A stretch of 51,885 bases of DNA from positions 1-51,885 of the forward strand of contig JAWODQ010000043.1 of the NCBI GenBank assembly GCA_046483165.1, written 5' to 3'. Numbering within the stretch: position 1 is the stretch's first letter; each line of letters opens with the position of its first letter. The translations under genes were made by a program, and so were the position numbers. Below, piece after piece: positions 30,943-40,660 of the stretch. The notes beneath the pieces were generated by a model. The model did not search any database, had not been told where the DNA came from, and saw only the letters and a program-made list of their open reading frames with translations. The DNA is from Bacillota bacterium. GTDB lineage: Bacteria; Bacillota; Sulfobacillia; SLMV01.

Positions 30943-32730
30943 CTATGCCTCGGACTCTCCAGCGGAGGGGAATGTACCCTGATCGGTGTTTGCCGGATGT
31001 ATTTCCCCCCTCTCAACGAGCTTCAGGAATAGCTCCGTCAATTCGGGGTCGAACTGGCTCCCACAGTGAGATCGCAGTTCTTCGATGGCGTCTTCGAGGG
31101 ACTTCGCCGGGCTGTAGGGGCGCTCGCTGGTCATGGCGTCGAAAGCGTCCACGATGGTCACCAGCCGGGAGAGAAGGGGAATCGCTTCCCCTTTCAGCCC
31201 CGTGGGGTAGCCCGAGCCATCCCACCATTCCTGATGGTGCAGTATTTCCCGGGCCACGGCGGAGAACTCCTCGGTCGCAGAGGCGATCCGATATCCGATT
31301 TCGGGATGCTGTTTCACGATGTTCCATTCGTCTTCGTTCAGGGGACCCGGTTTTCTCAGGATGGCCTCCGGAACTCCGATTTTGCCGATATCGTGAAGCG
31401 ACACCAAAAGCGACAGGCGATTCATCTCGGAAGGGCTCATCCCCATCTCGCGCCCCATCGCGGTGGCGGCGCGGTGCATCCGCGCCGCGTGATCTTCGGT
31501 CTCGTGGCTTTTCGCCCCGAGGGATTTCAATAGCGCCTTCAGGACGGAACTGCGGGCGCTGCTACTTATAGAAAGCTTGTTTTTGTACATCCAGTTCTCC
31601 GCTTCGTGCAATACGTCCGCGATGTCGCGAGAGAAATCTTCTTTGACGGCGGTACCGAGGGCTACGGATATGGGTACATTTTCGTGATCCGAGATGCGCC
31701 TGCACTCGGCCCTGATCCGTCCGCATATGTTCTCGGCCTGTGCGTGTTCCGTCTGGGGAAGTAGGATGACGAATTCGTCCCCGCCCCAGCGGGCGATGAT
31801 ATCTTCGTCGCGGAAATTGTCGCGAAGCACCTCGGCCACCCGTTGGAGGACTACGTCTCCTCTCGCGTGACCCATAGAATCGTTGACCAGCTTCAATCCG
31901 TTTACGTCCACCATGACTATACTCAGGGGGAACTGGCGTTTTACGTCCAGACGGTGACTCTCTTCTTCGAAGAATCGCCGGTTATAGAGGCCGGTGAGCT
32001 CGTCACGATAACTCATCTCTTCCAGGCGACGCTCCGCGCGTTTCCTATCGGTTATCTCCACCATGAATCCCCGAATTGCTACCGGCTCATTTCCTTCCAT
32101 GTCTACGCTCACCTTGTCGCGCAGCCACACCACGCGACCGTCTTTGGCGATGAAACGATACTCGAAGGTGTGTGGTTCCCCTCTGGCGGTGCACTCCATA
32201 CAGTAGGCAGTCGCCCAGCTTTGATCATCGCCATGTAGGTTGTTCACCCAGAAATCGAGGTTCGTCCACTCCTCGGGACGATACCCCAGGATAGTTTCCG
32301 TTTGGGGAGAAACGTAGACCCAACGGTCCGTTGCGATGTCGTATTTCCACAGTATTGCCTCCGCCGATTCCACCAGCAACCGGAATTCGCGTTCACTTTC
32401 CGAAAGTGATTCCAGGGTTTTGGCAAACTCCGTTACGTCCACCAGCATCTCAACCGTACCGTGCAGTCTTCCGTCATGTCGGTCTTCGAAGCTGTGACGA
32501 TGCCACACCCGGCCGTCGGAGGACTGGATGGCGACGCGGGAATCCCCCGACCGGTCTTTCTCTGCCGGATTTCGGGAATTGGAGTCCTCTACCAGGAGTT
32601 CTTCCGCCACGTCGGGTTCCAGCCGATCTGCGGCGGGATTGCGCCATACTATCGCACCTTCGGGCGAGCGATAGATGAGAGGATTCTCCAGCATTTCTGT
32701 GATCCGACCGGCTAGATGGTCCCGGGTCAC
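30943..32730 (-). CDS. PAS-GGDEF-HD-GYP cyclic-di-GMP synthase/phosphodiesterase
   Basis: PAS/PAC (EYRFIAKDGRVVWL), DELTGLYNRR, RDED I-site plus RWGGDEF, LHDIGK, EWWDGSGYP. Start set at GTG 32730 after AAAGGAG. Confidence 0.92.
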   Translation of the reverse strand: MTRDHLAGRITEMLENPLIYRSPEGAIVWRNPAADRLEPDVAEELLVEDSNSRNPAEKDRSGDSRVAIQSSDGRVWHRHSFEDRHDGRLHGTVEMLVDVTEFAKTLESLSESEREFRLLVESAEAILWKYDIATDRWVYVSPQTETILGYRPEEWTNLDFWVNNLHGDDQSWATAYCMECTARGEPHTFEYRFIAKDGRVVWLRDKVSVDMEGNEPVAIRGFMVEITDRKRAERRLEEMSYRDELTGLYNRRFFEEESHRLDVKRQFPLSIVMVDVNGLKLVNDSMGHARGDVVLQRVAEVLRDNFRDEDIIARWGGDEFVILLPQTEHAQAENICGRIRAECRRISDHENVPISVALGTAVKEDFSRDIADVLHEAENWMYKNKLSISSSARSSVLKALLKSLGAKSHETEDHAARMHRAATAMGREMGMSPSEMNRLSLLVSLHDIGKIGVPEAILRKPGPLNEDEWNIVKQHPEIGYRIASATEEFSAVAREILHHQEWWDGSGYPTGLKGEAIPLLSRLVTIVDAFDAMTSERPYSPAKSLEDAIEELRSHCGSQFDPELTELFLKLVERGEIHPANTDQGTFPSAGESEA

Positions 32731-33250
32731 GGCAACTCCTTTCACCACAAACGAGTGTTGGGTTGACTGTAGAGTACAGATAAAATGTCGGGATTTCGAT
32801 ACTCGGTGACACCATGATGTATCGTTTCCCTTACCCGTTACGTAGAAACGTAAACTGCGGTGAGTGGGTGCTGCGGGTCGATGTGTCACCGGGTAAAGAC
32901 CGCCACGCTGGGTTTGTGCATTGGCGTTTTAGGTGATAGGGGTCCGGGGGGGTATGCGTCTCTGGTGGTTCGCATATGTTTTATCGGTAGACGGGGCTAT
33001 CGAGAGCATTGGATCGCACCCGAAAAGCCAATCGGTCATCCGCACGGATGTGGCCGAAGAGGGAGTCCGTAACGACGTCTCCAATTGCAGCAAATCGTCC
33101 GCGGGAGAGCAAAGCCATTATCTTCGTCTCAAAAGCGGATCATAGGGGGCATTAACACCCGGTGTTTTGGACGATACCCCCGGATCACTCCGAGAGAGGG
33201 TTTGAGCGGCGAGCGCGGGAAAAGATACTTAGGAAAGAGGGGGGATAACT

Positions 33251-34864
33251 TTGGACATCAGGACGGATCGCTCCCTATTGGCGACCGAGGGGATGATAAC
33301 GACGGCCCACCCTCGCGCTTCGCTGGCCGGATTGGACGTACTCCGATCCGGTGGTAACGCGATGGATGCCGCCCTGGCTGCCGCCGCGGTAACCAACGTG
33401 GTATTGCCGGCCATGTGTGGTTTGGGGGGCGATCTCTTTCTAATCTATTACGATGCCGAAGATAGGCGTTTTCACGCCATCAACTCCAGTGGAATCGCTC
33501 CTCGTGGGGCGAGCGTCGAGTACTTTCGAGACATAGGTTATGAGAAGATGCCGCTTGAGGGCATTTTGTCCGTCGCCGTTCCCGGTCAGGTGGAGGGATA
33601 CCGACTGGCGCATTCATCCTTCGCCACCCGGGGTCTCGACGAACTGTTCGCCCCGGCAATTAATCTCGCGCACCGAGGCTTCATCGTGACGCCGCAGCTT
33701 CACAATCTAATTGGGGCCAATCGAGAGAAACTGTCCAAGTTCCCCGAAAGTCGCAAGGTTTTTCTGCCCGAAGGGGAAGTCCCTGAAGTTGGGGATATCC
33801 TCATCCAGAACAACCTGGCCCACACGTTCGAGGGACTCCTGCGGGAGGGGCTCGCTTCCTTCTACCGCGGTTTCTTTGCCGAGGCGCTCGAAGGATGTTC
33901 CGATAAGTGGGACGGGCTTTTCGCCGGAGACGAAATGCCAGCCCACAAGGCGCAACTTTACGAACCCCTCAAAGTGGATTACCGAGGATTCGAAGTTCAT
34001 CAGACGGCACCGGTCTCTCAGGGATTTTTGCTCCTGGAGGAACTCAAAATCATCGAGGGTTTCGACCTCCCCGCGTGGGGCACGCAAAGTCCCGATGCTA
34101 TACACGCCATGGTGGAGGCCAAGAAACTGGCCTTCTCCGATCGAAATGCCTTCGTAGGAGATCCCGGATTCGTCGATTTTTCGGTGGAGAAGCTTCTGAC
34201 CGACTCTCACGCTCGAAAGCGGCGCGACGAGATATGCATGGATAGGGCGTCGGAGGACTATCTGCCCGGCGACCCCCACGGCGATACGACATATCTTTGC
34301 GTGGTTGACGGAGAGGGCAATGCCTGCAGTCTCATACACAGTCTATCCATGGCGTTTGGGTCCGGCCTCGCAGTGGAGGGGACGGGAGTGCTCCTGAACA
34401 ATCGCGCCGGTCGGGGCTTCACTCTCGAGGGGGGACACCCCAACTGCATCGCCGGAGGCAAAAAGACCATGCACACCCTCAACTGCTACGCCGTCTCTAA
34501 AGGAGACGATTTGCTCTTCGTTGGCGGTACTCCCGGCGGTGATGGGCAACCGCAATGGAATATGCAGGTCATAAGTCACATCCTCGATGGGGAATTGAGC
34601 CCCCAGGAAGCGGTGGAGGCCCCCCGGTGGCGGAGCTTCCCCGGAACCGACCCGGCCACCTCGGGTGAAGAAATGACACTGCTGAGCGAATCGCGTATAC
34701 CCGAGGGCGTCCGCGAGGAACTAATGCGACGGGGGCATCGCGTGGAAACCCTCGCCCCCTGGGCTGGAGGTGGTAGGGCGCAGGTGATCCTGAAAGATCC
34801 TTCTTCGGGGCTGCTCGTTGCCGGTAGTGATCCCCGCCAGGAAGGTGCGGCGATGGGGCTTTAG
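33251..34864 (+). CDS. ggt: Gamma-glutamyltransferase family protein
   Basis: GGNAMDAA, GLGGDLF, VPGQV, GDTTYLCVVD (autoprocessing Thr), LNNR, GTPGGDGQPQ and GSDPR motifs. Confidence 0.93.
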   Translation: MDIRTDRSLLATEGMITTAHPRASLAGLDVLRSGGNAMDAALAAAAVTNVVLPAMCGLGGDLFLIYYDAEDRRFHAINSSGIAPRGASVEYFRDIGYEKMPLEGILSVAVPGQVEGYRLAHSSFATRGLDELFAPAINLAHRGFIVTPQLHNLIGANREKLSKFPESRKVFLPEGEVPEVGDILIQNNLAHTFEGLLREGLASFYRGFFAEALEGCSDKWDGLFAGDEMPAHKAQLYEPLKVDYRGFEVHQTAPVSQGFLLLEELKIIEGFDLPAWGTQSPDAIHAMVEAKKLAFSDRNAFVGDPGFVDFSVEKLLTDSHARKRRDEICMDRASEDYLPGDPHGDTTYLCVVDGEGNACSLIHSLSMAFGSGLAVEGTGVLLNNRAGRGFTLEGGHPNCIAGGKKTMHTLNCYAVSKGDDLLFVGGTPGGDGQPQWNMQVISHILDGELSPQEAVEAPRWRSFPGTDPATSGEEMTLLSESRIPEGVREELMRRGHRVETLAPWAGGGRAQVILKDPSSGLLVAGSDPRQEGAAMGL

Positions 34865-34877
34865 ACGGTCCAAATAG

Positions 34878-34913
34878 TCCGGGGATCGGCGTGGGGCTTG
34901 CTCGATCCCCGGA
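34878..34913 (+). terminator. 11-bp stem-loop after ggt
   Basis: TCCGGGGATCG / CGATCCCCGGA; no U tract. Confidence 0.5.
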
Positions 34914-35057
34914 TCCTACTGATTGACGAGGAACCCCTTCAGAGATTCTTGTCGCCCCTACCGGCGGCCCGAATGACGTAGCTGCAGGAAACATGGCCCT
35001 CGGATGGAACCCTACGGGAAAGGTCGAAGGATGTGCGGGTGGGAAGGAAGAGTAGCA

Positions 35058-36788
35058 TTGGATGAGCTGTTGAGGTCCGTTTGCCGGGACCGATTGATGG
35101 AGAGAACCGCCGAGATAGCCAGCGAAGTCCGACTTTCCGGCAGTGAAGCGGAACTTCGGGCATTTCGCAGGATCGAGGCAGCACTAGAAGAGATGGGACT
35201 GCGACCGCAGTTGACCTTTCACGATGCCCTAATCAGTTTGCCCGGGGAAGCTCATCTCACCGTATTGCCCGCCAACAGAGAAGTTCCCTGTATCACCCAT
35301 TCCTTCGCGGCCCCCAGTCCGTTGGCCACCGTCGGGGAGGTGCAATACGTTCGCAGTACCGATGAGGCGATGAATCTCACCGGCAAGATCGCTTTGCTCG
35401 ACGGCGTGGCTACTCCGGCCAGCATGGCGTGGGCGGAGGAATGTGGTGCCCTGGGACAGATCTTCGCCAACGACATGACGGAAGATCTTATTCACGAGAT
35501 GACGGTGTCCCCCGTTTGGGGTAGCCCCACTCCCGAAGACATTGAACGACTGCCACAGACCCCGTCGCTGTCCATCAGCCGCGCCGACGGACGTCAGTTG
35601 AAGGAGGAACTCGAGGGGCGCGGAAGTCTTTGGGCGCGGATGAAGACGGAGGTTAGCACAGGTTGGAAGGAGATTCCGCGTCTGGTGGTAGATATCCCCG
35701 CCGCCGGGGTATCGGATTTCGTCCTAGTTTCTGGACATGTGGACTCTTGGCATTACGGTGCCATGGACAATGGTAGCGCCAATGCCACGATGCTGGAGCT
35801 GGCCGAGCTACTGTCGCAAAAGGCCGACGATCTTCTGCGAGGAGTGCGCATAGCCTTCTGGTCCGGCCATTCCCACGGGCGCTATGCGGGGTCCGCCCAT
35901 TATGCCGACGCCAATTGGGGCGAGTTACATCGGCATTGCGTGGTTCACATCAATGTGGATTCCACCGGCGGCCGCGGCGCATCGGTGATAGGTGAAGCCC
36001 CCGTTCTTCCCCAGACGAGGCACGTGGCCTCGGAGGTGATAGAGAAACTGACGGGAGCGGAGTTGAGCGGCAAGCTGCTCGGGAGAGCCGGAGACCATTC
36101 TTTCCTGGGCATGGGAGTACCCGCCCTCTTCATGAATGTATCCGAGCAGCCGGCGTCCTCGGAAGGTGACCAAACGGCATTCTCCTCTCTTTTCGGTGCA
36201 TCCGACTCCTCGGGAGGCAGGGGAGGAGGGTTGGGCTGGTGGTGGCACACTCCACAAGACACCCTGGACAAAGTCGATGGCGATAACCTGGTGCGAGACA
36301 CCAGGATTTATCTCGCGGCCACGTGGCGATTCGCCACGGATCCCATCCTACCCCTGCGGTACTCCGATCTCGCCCTTTGGATGCGTGACAGCGTGACTAC
36401 GGTCGAACGCGATGCTCCCTCCGAGAAACTGCGCGCGATAGGCACCGCGCTGGATACGCTGTGCGAGCTTTTGCGGGACATCGAAGCCGCGGCCGATGAA
36501 GGGGGAGTACCCCGGGACGAGTATAACGAACTCCTGGTACGGCTCGGCCATTACCTGGTGCCCGTCGCGCTAACCGGCGGCGATCCCTTCGATGTCGACC
36601 CGGCGCTACCGCAAAAACCGATTCCGAGCCTCGATGCAACCAGGCGACTTTCTCAGATGCCCCCGGGCTCGGACGAATGGTACTCGCAGCGAATTGCCTC
36701 CGTGAGGGGTCTCAACAGGCTGGAATGGGCCGTATCGAGGGCCTCCGAGATAGTGGGGGAAGGGCTTCGCGGCTCATCGATACACTGA
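35058..36788 (+). CDS. M28-family metallopeptidase with PA-like insert
   Basis: SGHVDSW, GAMDNGSAN, FWSGHSHG, INVDS and WWHTPQDT motifs. Start uncertain (35004-35058). Confidence 0.82.
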   Translation: MDELLRSVCRDRLMERTAEIASEVRLSGSEAELRAFRRIEAALEEMGLRPQLTFHDALISLPGEAHLTVLPANREVPCITHSFAAPSPLATVGEVQYVRSTDEAMNLTGKIALLDGVATPASMAWAEECGALGQIFANDMTEDLIHEMTVSPVWGSPTPEDIERLPQTPSLSISRADGRQLKEELEGRGSLWARMKTEVSTGWKEIPRLVVDIPAAGVSDFVLVSGHVDSWHYGAMDNGSANATMLELAELLSQKADDLLRGVRIAFWSGHSHGRYAGSAHYADANWGELHRHCVVHINVDSTGGRGASVIGEAPVLPQTRHVASEVIEKLTGAELSGKLLGRAGDHSFLGMGVPALFMNVSEQPASSEGDQTAFSSLFGASDSSGGRGGGLGWWWHTPQDTLDKVDGDNLVRDTRIYLAATWRFATDPILPLRYSDLALWMRDSVTTVERDAPSEKLRAIGTALDTLCELLRDIEAAADEGGVPRDEYNELLVRLGHYLVPVALTGGDPFDVDPALPQKPIPSLDATRRLSQMPPGSDEWYSQRIASVRGLNRLEWAVSRASEIVGEGLRGSSIH

Positions 36789-37037
36789 GAAAGCGCAGGG
36801 GATCTCCCGGCAACATTACGTCGGGTAACTTTGTGTCATGTCGCGCAAAGCGGGCTTCGGGAGTGGATTCTATGCTTGCGCCGTTGACCGTATTCCCGTC
36901 CCGAATGTGTCCAGGGGCCTCATTCGGCGAAATATTCGTCCCCGAGGGGTTACGGATCTATCTGAAGGGGCAAACACTTAGTGAATTGCCGGTTCTTTCG
37001 GGAGAGAATGTGAGAACCCGACGGGGAGTGAAGTCAG

Positions 37038-37493
37038 TTGAGGGATGAGGGTCCCGGAGACAATCCGAGGATTATCGTCGATGCGGACGCCTGTCCGCGC
37101 GCCGTGCTGGACATTTGTCACCGGGTGGCCGAGGAGAAGGGGCTTTCCGTCGTAACTGTGGCCAGTTTCGACCACGAAATCGTCTCGGAGTGCCACATCA
37201 TGGTGGATGCCGGCCCGGAAGCGGCCGATCTTCGCATCATGAATATCGTTATGGACGGCGACGTGGTGGTCTCACAGGACTGGGGACTTGCCGCCATGGT
37301 CCTGGCGCGGGGGGCGCATTGCCTGAACCCTTCCGGCCAGGAATACTCCTCGGAGACCATGGACGCGATGCTCGAGTTTCGAGAGGCCATGTCCCGCCAC
37401 CGCAGGCAGGGAGGGAGGACCCGGGGTCCCAAGAAGCGAGAGGAGGACGATGATCTTCGGTTCGAACGGAGAATCCGGGATCTTTTGAACTAA
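37038..37493 (+). CDS. YaiI/YqxD (UPF0178) family protein
   Basis: IIVDADACP, EAADLRI, DVVVSQDWGLAAM and GGRTRGP motifs. Confidence 0.88.
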   Translation: MRDEGPGDNPRIIVDADACPRAVLDICHRVAEEKGLSVVTVASFDHEIVSECHIMVDAGPEAADLRIMNIVMDGDVVVSQDWGLAAMVLARGAHCLNPSGQEYSSETMDAMLEFREAMSRHRRQGGRTRGPKKREEDDDLRFERRIRDLLN

Positions 37494-37526
37494 ACTTTCG
37501 GAAAGATCCAGAGAGGAGACTTTTCG

Positions 37527-38021
37527 ATGGCCCAGGTAGAGCTCAACGCATGTGCGCCCGATTTCACCCTGGAGGATTTTCGGGGTAGTTCGGTCAGTTT
37601 GTCACAGTTCCGCGGGCGAAAACGCGTGGTATTGGTGTTGAATCGGGGATTCGTCTGACCCTTTTGCCGGCGGCACCTGGCGCAGTTGCGCCGGGATTAT
37701 CCGGAATTCGAAGCACGGGACACCCTGGTAGTCTCCGTCGGTCCCGAAGGCGCCCGTGAGTTCCAGGATTACTGGGGGCAACACGACTTACCCTTCGTGG
37801 GCCTGCCAGATCCGGAACATTCCGTTCTCAAACTCTACGGCCAGGAAGTCAATCTCTTCAAATTGGGGCGGCAACCCGCCCAGATGATCATCGATAAGAC
37901 GGGTACGCTGAGATACGTCCACTACGGTCACACCATGGCTGACATACCTTCGAACGAAGAACTGCTGAAAATCCTCGATTCTCTCGAGGACGAATCGGGG
38001 AATGAAAACGGTGGGCCCTGA
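37527..38021 (+). CDS. Peroxiredoxin-like (AhpC/TSA, redoxin) selenoprotein, U44-P-F-C, 164 aa
   Basis: SD GAGGAG, ATG 37527, MAQVELNACAPDFTLEDFRGSSVSLSQFRGRKRVVLVLNRGFV-TGA(37656)-PFCRRHLAQL..., in frame with ORF 37686-38021. Confidence 0.85.
37676..37695 (+). promoter_or_regulatory. Candidate bacterial SECIS hairpin
   Basis: CCUGGCGC-AGUU-GCGCCGGG; the loop starts 25 nt after the UGA and has G at its second position. Confidence 0.6.
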
Positions 38022-38059
38022 AGATCCGAAGATTTCGTCCTGCGGGCTGGGAATCTCCG

Positions 38060-38788
38060 TTACCGGTCGAATACGGATATGAGCAGCCGGACTACCTCCT
38101 CATCGCTCAACGCGACGGGGCCATCCCCGGCCTGTTTGCCGTAATTGCCGAACGCGGAGTGGTTGAGCCCCTCGATCTCGCGGACGATCGCATGCGGCGG
38201 CAGATTTGCCTTCGCCTCTCGATAGTTATCTCGATCGATAATCTCATCCGAGTTTCCCATGATGCTGACTACGGGGCCTTCGCAGTCTCCTACATCGCGG
38301 TCACAATACGATCCGAAAAGATAGAGACCGGCCACCTTATCGGGATGGGCCGCGGCGAAACGACAGGCGGCGATTCCGCCCAGGGAGTGACCGCCCACCC
38401 AGGCGCTATCCACTCCGTGTTCCGCCATCACGGATGCGGCGGCACCGATTCTGAAGATCGCGGCGTTGAAGGGTGGTTTGATGACGTAAACTCGAACCGA
38501 AAGCTCTTCGGCGACTCTCCCCATCTTATGGATATATGCGCGGGGATCAACCAATCCGCCGGGATAGAAGACGATGGGCGTCGAATACTCCGATGAGGCG
38601 GTGGGAGAAATGGCATAATGATCTCCTTCGTCCGTTATGGACACGGCCTCCGACTCCTCGACTTGCGAAAGGAACTCCGAATCCGGCGGATACGTACTGG
38701 CCTCCACGTAAACCCAAAAGCCGGCCAGGGCGATCGAGATGAAAAGGACGACTACCGCTGCCACTTTGAGCGTCTTCGCGGGGATCAT
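38060..38788 (-). CDS. Membrane-anchored alpha/beta hydrolase
   Basis: N-terminal TM segment, FYPGGLV, GGHSLGG and GLNHSAFGNYG motifs. Confidence 0.85.
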   Translation of the reverse strand: MIPAKTLKVAAVVVLFISIALAGFWVYVEASTYPPDSEFLSQVEESEAVSITDEGDHYAISPTASSEYSTPIVFYPGGLVDPRAYIHKMGRVAEELSVRVYVIKPPFNAAIFRIGAAASVMAEHGVDSAWVGGHSLGGIAACRFAAAHPDKVAGLYLFGSYCDRDVGDCEGPVVSIMGNSDEIIDRDNYREAKANLPPHAIVREIEGLNHSAFGNYGKQAGDGPVALSDEEVVRLLISVFDR

Positions 38789-38950
38789 CTCCCTTCCGAG
38801 CTATCCTGTGCGACATCGCTGCGATCGCATAGTGCTCTATACCACCGATCCGGGCAATTGAACCGCTTTCAATCCGAAAGGATCAGAGGAGAGATTTCGG
38901 TAGGAGAGTGGATCGATACTCCATAATGTTGCCGGTGAGGGGTGATCCCG

Positions 38951-39385
38951 GTGAGATTGTAGATAGACGGAGTCGGCATCGAATGCGTGCGGGGTAGCAT
39001 TACCCGCCAGGAGGATCTGGAGGCGGTGGTTAATGCGGCCAACGCTCGGCTGGCTCCCGGGGGCGGGGTCGCCGGGGCGATACATCGTTCCGCCGGTCCC
39101 GGGCTATATCGCGAGTGCCGCGAGCTGGCACCCATCACAACCGGGGAAGCGGTTATCACCGGTGGGCATGCCATGCCCAATCGTTACATCATCCACACCC
39201 TCGGACCGGTGGCGATATCGACCGGAGCCTTCGGGTTTCCCGCGAAAAGGACGGCGGAAATAGCCGTGAACACGATGGTGGGTGTCGTATCCGAACCGTC
39301 GCCGCTGCGGCTGGTCCGATTTGTCTTGTCAGATGAGCACTCGCTTCGCCTATACGAAGATGTCCTGAGCCACCTGGAGGGATAA
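38951..39385 (+). pseudogene. Macrodomain (YmdB-like ADP-ribose hydrolase) pseudogene
   Basis: SD plus GTG 38951, TAG at codon 4 (38960), VVNAAN...GGGVAGAIH motifs, and HTLGPV joined directly to [10 protein letters not shown] (internal in-frame deletion). Confidence 0.8.
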
Positions 39386-39844
39386 TCTCGGCGAGCCGCG
39401 CGAGCGATTCATGATCTTCGCGTGGATATCGCCCGGATCCAGATGCTAACAATGGTCCTGGTGGAGGGGGAAGTGTGTTCATTTGGGCAACTCGGCAGGC
39501 GGACATCGCACCTCGTGTGAATCGGAATTGGGTCGTATCGAGCTGCCCCTTCGAGATGCGAACAGCCCAGATGATACTGTTTGACCAGTCCTACAACCGT
39601 TGCGAAATATCGACCCGGCCCATTCGCCACCCTGAGGCGCCGGGTGATCCTCGCGAATTTCCCACCGCGCTTTCTGGACATTGCCATGCTTAGACGCGTA
39701 CAATCAAGGGCACACGACATATTGGTGATGAAATAGTGGCGATGTGACGAAGAGAAATCGTCGGGTTCGGAGGGAATGGTCTTCGGACTCCTCATAGACA
39801 ATAGCGATTGGATCGAGATTACCACATATTCTGGGGGTCATACG

Positions 39845-40549
39845 ATGAGGCGTCTTTTGACTAAGAAATCCGTCAAGTGGGGAATTGCCGTAGTGTGCGT
39901 CCTCGCCCTGGTGGGCGGTGCTTTCGCCTGGCAGTCGAGGGGTGGTGGCGGCGGATCGGCCACAGGGGAAGTCGTAGCCGAGGTTAATGGTGAAGTGATT
40001 AGGAGCAGCGAGCTGGCCAACGAGATGCAGTATCAGATGGCCATGATGGGAGCCACGGAACAGGATCTGGATGAGCAGATGGAAAACCAGATACGAAACC
40101 AGGTGCTGGATAATATGGTCTCCCGCATCCTCCTGCGCCAGGAGGCGCGAGAGAGGGACGTCGAGGTTCCGCCGGAGCGCGTCGAAGAAGAGCTGGACAC
40201 CGTCATCGAGAACAACTTCGAAGGTGACGAGGAAGCCCTGGACGAGGCCCTGGATGAAAATGATATGACCAAGGATGAGTTACTCGAGGACATCGAGGAA
40301 CAGCTTCGCATGCAAATCTTCATCGAAAACTACACGGCGGATTATCTGGCCGAACGGGATGAAGAAGTGAGCGAAGACGAAATGCGAGCATTGTACGAAC
40401 AGTATAGCGAGCAAATGGAAGATCCTCCGGAATTCGAGGAGATGAAGCCAGATCTTCGCGAGGAGGTACTCCGCTCCCGCGAGGGTGAGGCTTTGAACCA
40501 GCTTCTGGCCGAGTTGCGAGAAGACAGCGACATACAGATTCACCAGTAA
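39845..40549 (+). CDS. SurA N-terminal-domain (PrsA-like) exported chaperone without a PPIase domain
   Basis: N-terminal TM/signal segment, VVAEVNGEVI, QVLDNMVSRILLRQEA; very acidic. Confidence 0.78.
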   Translation: MRRLLTKKSVKWGIAVVCVLALVGGAFAWQSRGGGGGSATGEVVAEVNGEVIRSSELANEMQYQMAMMGATEQDLDEQMENQIRNQVLDNMVSRILLRQEARERDVEVPPERVEEELDTVIENNFEGDEEALDEALDENDMTKDELLEDIEEQLRMQIFIENYTADYLAERDEEVSEDEMRALYEQYSEQMEDPPEFEEMKPDLREEVLRSREGEALNQLLAELREDSDIQIHQ

Positions 40550-40617
40550 GCACCTCGATCGTCGATTAGTGCGTGGGTGTCTCGGGGATGATACTTACGG
40601 CCCAATGGGGACTCATC

Positions 40618-40660
40618 GGAGGTGGGATCTTGGTTTCAACCCACCTCCTCCTCTTTTTCT
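40618..40660 (+). terminator. Probable intrinsic terminator after the SurA-like gene
   Basis: GGAGGTGGG / CCCACCTCC stem followed by a pyrimidine/T-rich tail. Confidence 0.5.

Noticed and set aside
32804-32891. 9-bp inverted repeat CGGTGACAC/GTGTCACCG upstream of the GGDEF gene
   Set aside because: Single short repeat about 70 bp apart, with no transposase or known RNA motif; may be chance.
36840-37000. c-di-GMP-I riboswitch fragments (GGCAAAC, CGCAAAGC)
   Set aside because: The elements are in the wrong order and no P2/P3 structure can be built.
38960-38962. Amber codon as pyrrolysine or readthrough
   Set aside because: It is at a non-catalytic position in a gene with other inactivating lesions, and there is no pyl context.
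39475-39693. 72-aa ORF with a GGAGG RBS
   Set aside because: No recognisable family and atypical composition; cannot be supported without homology.
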